Below, piece after piece: positions 58,804-64,000 of a stretch of 64,000 nt of DNA (within the stretch, counting starts at the first letter, position 1; every line of letters starts with the position of its first letter). The stretch is from a virus (lineage: Duplodnaviria; Heunggongvirae; Uroviricota; Caudoviricetes): IMG/VR virus record IMGVR_UViG_3300024272_000021, one strand, 5' to 3'. The position numbers and the translations under genes were made by a program. The notes under the pieces were generated by a model. It was not told where the DNA came from and did no database searches. It saw only the letters and a list, made by a program, of their open reading frames with translations.

Positions 58804-59481
58804 TTAATGCTGATGGAATACAACTGCCTTAAGTTTCTTAGACCAACATGCGCCGCAAGCAGAACAAGTAGATTCCCTTCCAGGACACATAAAAGCGTTC
58901 TTAGGAATTTCAGGATTCAACCTCTTATCATCAAAATCTACATATGCTACACCAAGTCCATGAGGATTCGGAACGTCCCACAACTTATCCCATGCAGAGA
59001 ACATGATATTAAGATTATCGGGCAGTTTTCCGTTCTTGTCAATGTAATCGTTTACCATTTCGTACTGCTTAGTAAAGGCCATGTACTTTGTGTTAGGAGT
59101 CTTATTACACACATCCACAAGTCTTACAAGGAAGGCCATATCAGGAAAATCACCGCTATCAAAAATTCTTACCTTGGGAAGTCCAGAAAACTTTACCTTG
59201 TAGTAAACCTGCTCGAAGAAATTATCGGGATCGTCATAATACAGTCTCAGGTTTCTGTAATATGCCGCCTGCACAGTTGTCATCACCTGAAATCCCTTAT
59301 TCGCATAACATGTTGCTCTACAAGGTGCGTCACTACGACATACACAAGTAGGAAATGCAAGATTCAAACAAGCCTTACCAGTTTTGCTATTGTTATTATT
59401 CATATTAATTTCATTGCTCTTATTGGCAAGAAGGTCAATATACTCCTGACGGCTCATCGTGAAATCCTTTTTCTGTTTCAT
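58804..59481 (-). CDS. Hypothetical protein with N- and C-terminal cysteine clusters
   Basis: CVCRSDAPCRATC and CPGRESTCSACGAC. Confidence 0.4.
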   Translation of the reverse strand: MKQKKDFTMSRQEYIDLLANKSNEINMNNNNSKTGKACLNLAFPTCVCRSDAPCRATCYANKGFQVMTTVQAAYYRNLRLYYDDPDNFFEQVYYKVKFSGLPKVRIFDSGDFPDMAFLVRLVDVCNKTPNTKYMAFTKQYEMVNDYIDKNGKLPDNLNIMFSAWDKLWDVPNPHGLGVAYVDFDDKRLNPEIPKNAFMCPGRESTCSACGACWSKKLKAVVFHQH

Positions 59482-60461
59482 GTTATTACCTCCTTATTCT
59501 TCTTCCAATTCACTTATATAATCCTGTAGATTCCATACGAGAGACGCTGCATTTTCAAGATCGCGAATAGTTCTCATTGCGTAAGGTTCCTTTTCAGAAA
59601 GTTCCTTCATCTGAGATTCAAGCAGTTCAGCCACAAAAGCAATTGCATCATCAATTTCACACGCAACAATCATATTGCGCTTCATAATATTGTCAAGATC
59701 CATTCTCTTCATATTTACCACCTATCTATTGTTCTTTTAATGTCTCTATCAAACGGTTCATATTCCAGACTAACTCCATATGCCATATCAATAGCTTCGA
59801 GAATCATGTCTTCAAATCCTATAAGTCCGTTCCAACACAGATATTCTGCAAGAAAATCTTTGCCAGACATATTCAGTATCTCTTCATCAGGAGTCGTGTC
59901 ATCCTCGTCATATCCAAGGCGCTGGCGCATTTCCTTCATTACACATTCAGGTACCTCAGGATGTTCCATGATAAAATGCTTAATATCCATTATTCTTCCT
60001 CCTCATCGTCATCGTCCAAACATGTAACTTCTACATCGTCATACATTGTGTTGGCAACAGGGTAATGCATATCTTCATCAAACTCTTCATATCCCTTTTC
60101 AAATGCCATATCATAGTTATCTGCCTCGACTTCATATGCGTGACACTGAGTAAAAATTACGACATACTTTTTCATTCGTTTTCCTCTCCCTTATATACTC
60201 CAATAACATGTTCATGAGTGTAATCCTCACAATCAGAATCTGCCCATACAAGACAATCTACAAAGTCATCATCACGTTCAAATTCTATTGTCTTTCTATT
60301 GACATGATAATGTGGTCTCACCAGACAAATATCCTGCACTATATAATTATTATTATCACAAATATAAACACCAAGTTCAGGTGGAATTTCTGGTTCGTTC
60401 ATATCCATGATTTCTGCGATAATTTTATATTTGCCGAACGGAATCACAAGTTTGTTTTCCA

Positions 60462-60962
60462 TTATTCTTCCTCCTCTTCGGGATAAATTACATCCAGAAT
60501 ATACTCAAACCCAAGCATTTCAATCTCGCTATCATTGAACCCAAGATAATCCAACGTGTCATAAGTCTCTCCAATACTTGCATGAGTTTCTTCAATCCAT
60601 TCGATACATTTCTTGAGCAGCTTTTCCATCCTCCGATAGTCAATTCCATTACTACTTAGAAATACTTCTCTCTGAATATAAACCAGCAAATCGTAAGTTT
60701 CAATTTGCGCCAGTTCCCTTGCACACTCAAAGATTGCTTTTTCAAAATCTCTTGTCATGAATAGAAACTTGCCAATTGCTTCTGCCGCGTCATGGCGATC
60801 ATCTATTGCGTTTATCTGGTCTTCATACCATGCTTCGTCTCTAAATGTGCTTTGTCCATATTCAGCAATGTACTGAATTGCAGTTCGGAAAATAATGTCT
60901 CCCGAGCATCCATACTTATTTCTGATAGTATCTAACTTCTGTTTGGATTCTGTGTACTTCAT
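60462..60962 (-). CDS. Hypothetical acidic protein (last of a run of small acidic ORFs at 59494-60962)
   Basis: ORF. Confidence 0.4.
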   Translation of the reverse strand: MKYTESKQKLDTIRNKYGCSGDIIFRTAIQYIAEYGQSTFRDEAWYEDQINAIDDRHDAAEAIGKFLFMTRDFEKAIFECARELAQIETYDLLVYIQREVFLSSNGIDYRRMEKLLKKCIEWIEETHASIGETYDTLDYLGFNDSEIEMLGFEYILDVIYPEEEEE

Positions 60963-61339
60963 AATTAAACCTCCTTAATGTACAATCATCTTCCACAAGT
61001 CAGCAATTATATCATGAATTGCGTTTACGATTGCCTCTTTATCGTCAAATTCTTCATCTGTGATGTAACCGAAATCTCTTAAGCTAATCTGTTCTTCATC
61101 ATCGATTGTAATAACTATTCTTGTTTCGTTCATAATTAAATCCTTTCTTTTAAATTAAAATGGTAATGTATCAAACGGCAAATGTTTATCACACCATCTG
61201 TATAACCTCGGAAAGTGTTCCATCATATAAGCCCAGAAATTCCATCGTCTGGTTTCTCTTTTATATTCTTCATTGCCGTATTTCATAGTTTGACCCCCTA
61301 TTTCCTTAAATATTATATACACTCATGAATTTTGTAAGC

Positions 61340-61640
61340 TCTCTTTAATAGTCTCATGTTCGAGCTGCATGAGCCTGTTACCCAGATCTTGAACCTGGGG
61401 ATACCCAGGTTGTGGATCTGGGTTACAGGGGTTGTTGCAGCTTGGCTGAAGTTAATTCCCTTGTGTATATTGGCGCTTATACCCAACGCACTCTGTATTT
61501 CTGTAGATATCTCTTTATTAGTTTCATATTCTGATCCTGCTGAGAAAGTTACCAGCAAGGAAGCCGGTAGATAGACCGGCTGTAGTGCTGGTAAATTGAG
61601 CTTACAAAGGATCATAATTGAATTGAAATACCTTGTGCGT
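61340..61640. other. GC-richer non-coding segment with nested palindromes (candidate structured ncRNA, operator set or replication origin)
   Basis: GTTACCCAGATC...GATCTGGGTTAC, CCTGGG-gata-CCCAGG, ACCAGCA[...CCGGT-agatag-ACCGG...]TGCTGGT; the only ORFs here are short overlapping antisense pairs. Confidence 0.4.
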
Positions 61641-61668
61641 TTACAGTATCTATCTGTACTATGTTATT

Positions 61669-62604
61669 TTACTTTACGCCAAGTTCTACCATTCTCTTAT
61701 TGAAGTCAAAGTTGTTATCCTTAATAACCTTCTTCATAAGAGCAAACATTCTCCATCCTTCTCCCTGATATTCATCAAGCATTAGATTGAGATAATACTT
61801 TGCAGCAAGTCCGGTGAGTTCAGCTCCATTATCATCAATATAACAATTATGAAACATCACCAGATTCTTAAGAGTATAATAAGCGCCCTCTCCTTTGAAA
61901 GCATCAATCCATGCTTTACTCTTAGGAGTGTTATAAGGAAGCTTAATCATATCCTTCATGAAGTCCTTAAGATAACTATACAGAGAACTGTAACTAGCTG
62001 CGTACTTGAAATACATAATCTTGCTCATCAACGGACGATAAAGTTTCTTGTTGAGGTCTTCTACAAAGATATCAGTTCCCTTCACTCTCTTATAAGGAAC
62101 TCCCTTACACTTCTTAGTAGGAAGTTTATCCACATAATCCTTCAGTTTTTCCACATAGTCACATGCTACGTCAATAACAACTTCCTTAGTAAAGAAGTGG
62201 CTTCTCTCGTCAAGACTTTCCTTGTCGCTGATTTCAAGTCTGCTAAGAACTTTCACCTCTTCAAGCATCATATCAAAAGTATACTGATAACTATACATCC
62301 TGCGAAGACAATCGGTATAGCCCTCGTCTCTTCCATCATAAGACTTGTAGTTGAGCATCTGGAACATCTGAGCCATAACAAATCTTCTGTGAAGCTTAGT
62401 GTTCCTTACATATCCATTAGCAAAAATCTGTTCTGCAATAGGATCAGGTTTATTAGTAACAACAACAGGCTGTCCATCTTCGTTAATCACCACAGAAATA
62501 GTTGCGCCGGGTTTAAGTCCCTGAGGAAGATCGATGTTAAAATACTTTCCAGTGTTAATACCTGCGTTATTAAGTTTTTCCATTCTTTCTTTTTTGTTCA
62601 TCAT
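61669..62604 (-). CDS. Hypothetical protein
   Basis: 311-aa ORF. Confidence 0.45.
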   Translation of the reverse strand: MMNKKERMEKLNNAGINTGKYFNIDLPQGLKPGATISVVINEDGQPVVVTNKPDPIAEQIFANGYVRNTKLHRRFVMAQMFQMLNYKSYDGRDEGYTDCLRRMYSYQYTFDMMLEEVKVLSRLEISDKESLDERSHFFTKEVVIDVACDYVEKLKDYVDKLPTKKCKGVPYKRVKGTDIFVEDLNKKLYRPLMSKIMYFKYAASYSSLYSYLKDFMKDMIKLPYNTPKSKAWIDAFKGEGAYYTLKNLVMFHNCYIDDNGAELTGLAAKYYLNLMLDEYQGEGWRMFALMKKVIKDNNFDFNKRMVELGVK

Positions 62605-62624
62605 AATATCATTCTCCTTATCTT

Positions 62625-63098
62625 TTAATTATTTATTATCCACTTCTTAAGTATTACCAAGTCAGGATATCCCTTAGACTGCCAAAACCATTTTCCAAGC
62701 CTATCTTCATCCCATACAAATTTCTTTTCCAGTATCATGCACAAGATATAACCTTCAAGTCTAGCTCGTGCAATTTCTCTCCTTTCTGCTTTCATTAGCT
62801 GAACATCTGAAATTTCTTCAATTGGAAGCGCTTTAAAGTATGTACGTCTTTTCTTATCACTCCTTTCACTCGGTAATGAAACCCTGTAAATGCTATACAG
62901 AACATGAATACAACCAAGAATCAACTCCATTCCTATGAGCGGAGATGTTTTGCTATCGTAACACAAATATCTTGATGCATCGTATTCTCCCTCCTTAATT
63001 AGAAAGTCTTTACCCACCTTCATAGTTCGTTTCTCAAAGTCAATGTGAAATGTTTCTCCATTTGAAACTCTTTCGACCAACTCCTCATAGATTGTCAT
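62625..63098 (-). CDS. Hypothetical protein
   Basis: ORF. Confidence 0.4.
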   Translation of the reverse strand: MTIYEELVERVSNGETFHIDFEKRTMKVGKDFLIKEGEYDASRYLCYDSKTSPLIGMELILGCIHVLYSIYRVSLPSERSDKKRRTYFKALPIEEISDVQLMKAERREIARARLEGYILCMILEKKFVWDEDRLGKWFWQSKGYPDLVILKKWIINN

Positions 63099-63139
63099 AT
63101 TTACCTCCTTTTTTTGTTAGATGCTCAACAGTTACGGTA

Positions 63140-63900
63140 TATATCTTTATCTGTCTCATATGTCCTGAAGCGAGAAGCCTAAGACGACGCGGCTTCCCGT
63201 AAATAGACGGGTAGGAGCGTCGTATTGGGCTTATTATAGCTTCAGGAAAATTGAATTAACTGCCTTGCTATCTATTGGTATACTCCATAGGTTACTCATA
63301 ATATTGGTGCGTTCCTTTACTGGATTCATATTGCACGCAATTGCCAGATTTGAGGCCACGAAACCAGTCGGATATGACTCATGTTTCTGGCCTCCAATCT
63401 GGGTTAAATAGCGTGAGATTGAATTTTTATTACCTTGTAACCTGTCGCCGCACTATGAATTTAAATTACTCACAGCCATGATGCATTTCTTTATTGGTTT
63501 CATATTAGGAAGCTTATACGCCCAAGGTGCGAGCGTGATCTGCACGAATTCCTGGTTATTGGCGGAGATCCGCCGAGAGCCTGGAATTAGTGCGAATATG
63601 CTCGTACCGCCCCAGTTATAAGCTTCACAATTAAAATTAGCTGCCTTGTAATTTACCGTTGCATTACACTTGAATTACTCAACAACGTTGGTACATTTCT
63701 CTAACTGTTTCATATAAGAGGCAAATGCCTGCTGAGGCGGGATACACTTGCAGATAGGCAGTGGTGTATCCCGACAGAAGCAGGTCTATTCGCCTTCTAT
63801 TGAATTCCGTTGCCTTGTAATTCGCTGCTGTACTACAGAAGATGTCATATGGTTCTTACCAAGGTGTCATATACAGCTCGGTTTGTTATCAGCGCATTCT
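63140..63900. repeat. Non-coding array of four to five degenerate ~170-200-bp units, each with a semi-conserved AT-rich leader (attgaatt..ctgccttg(c/t)aa) and a different GC-rich imperfect palindrome
   Basis: unit starts near 63140, 63250, 63421, 63630 and 63795; stems such as CCTGAAGC...GCTTCAGG, CCAGATTTGAGGCC...GGCCTCCAATCTGG, CGGGATACAC...GTGTATCCCG. Confidence 0.5.
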
Positions 63901-64000
63901 TCATACACCTAAGACTCAGAAAACCTTCGATTTCCTTATCTGTCTTATTTCTATTAGCTGCCACATTCTTACCCGTACCTCTTAGGATGGTGTAATCTTC

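Noticed and set aside
63140-63900. Possible CRISPR array
   Set aside because: The repeat units are ~180 bp, degenerate and internally palindromic, with no short exact direct repeats separating unique spacers.

Overview
This window reads as a gene-dense, AT-rich (about one third GC by eye) stretch of a large dsDNA phage or prophage; almost every convincing gene is on the minus strand. From 1 to 64000 the modules are: (1) a large serine recombinase; (2) a nucleotide-metabolism block (dUTPase, an anaerobic RNR activase NrdG, NrdD broken into two pieces by a homing-endonuclease ORF plus a ~260-nt structured intron-like stretch, NrdH-like glutaredoxin, guanylate-kinase-like, ThyX-like, NAD-dependent DNA ligase); (3) an ADP-ribosylation trio (WGR-PARP-like transferase, TARG1/DarG-like macrodomain, calcineurin-like phosphoesterase); (4) a short PurA-family (PurZ-like) adenylosuccinate-synthetase homolog followed by a vWA protein; (5) an RNA end-healing/sealing cassette (P-loop kinase-HD phosphohydrolase, Pol-beta nucleotidyltransferase, Rnl2/Rnl5-like RNA ligase, DEDD exonuclease); (6) dCMP deaminase, HD hydrolase, cysteine desulfurase, 3D-domain and SPFH proteins; (7) three tRNA arrays with at least 13 tRNA or tRNA-like genes, several carrying internal insertions, most clearly a tRNA-Asn(GUU) split in the anticodon by a 71-nt minihelix-like element ending in CCA, plus a Ro60/TROVE-like vWA protein directly upstream of a tRNA-like RNA; (8) a replication module (PolIII-alpha, DHH phosphoesterase, GIY-YIG endonuclease, primase, DnaB helicase, P-loop ATPase, SSB-like); (9) a tyrosine integrase pair region and many small acidic or Cys-rich hypothetical genes. 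A conserved ~18-nt motif (plus strand cattaattttgtattgtt) occurs about 24 times directly at or just upstream of minus-strand start codons and upstream of two tRNA arrays, and several rho-independent terminators are visible. Most plus-strand ORFs in the track are antisense shadows and are not reported.
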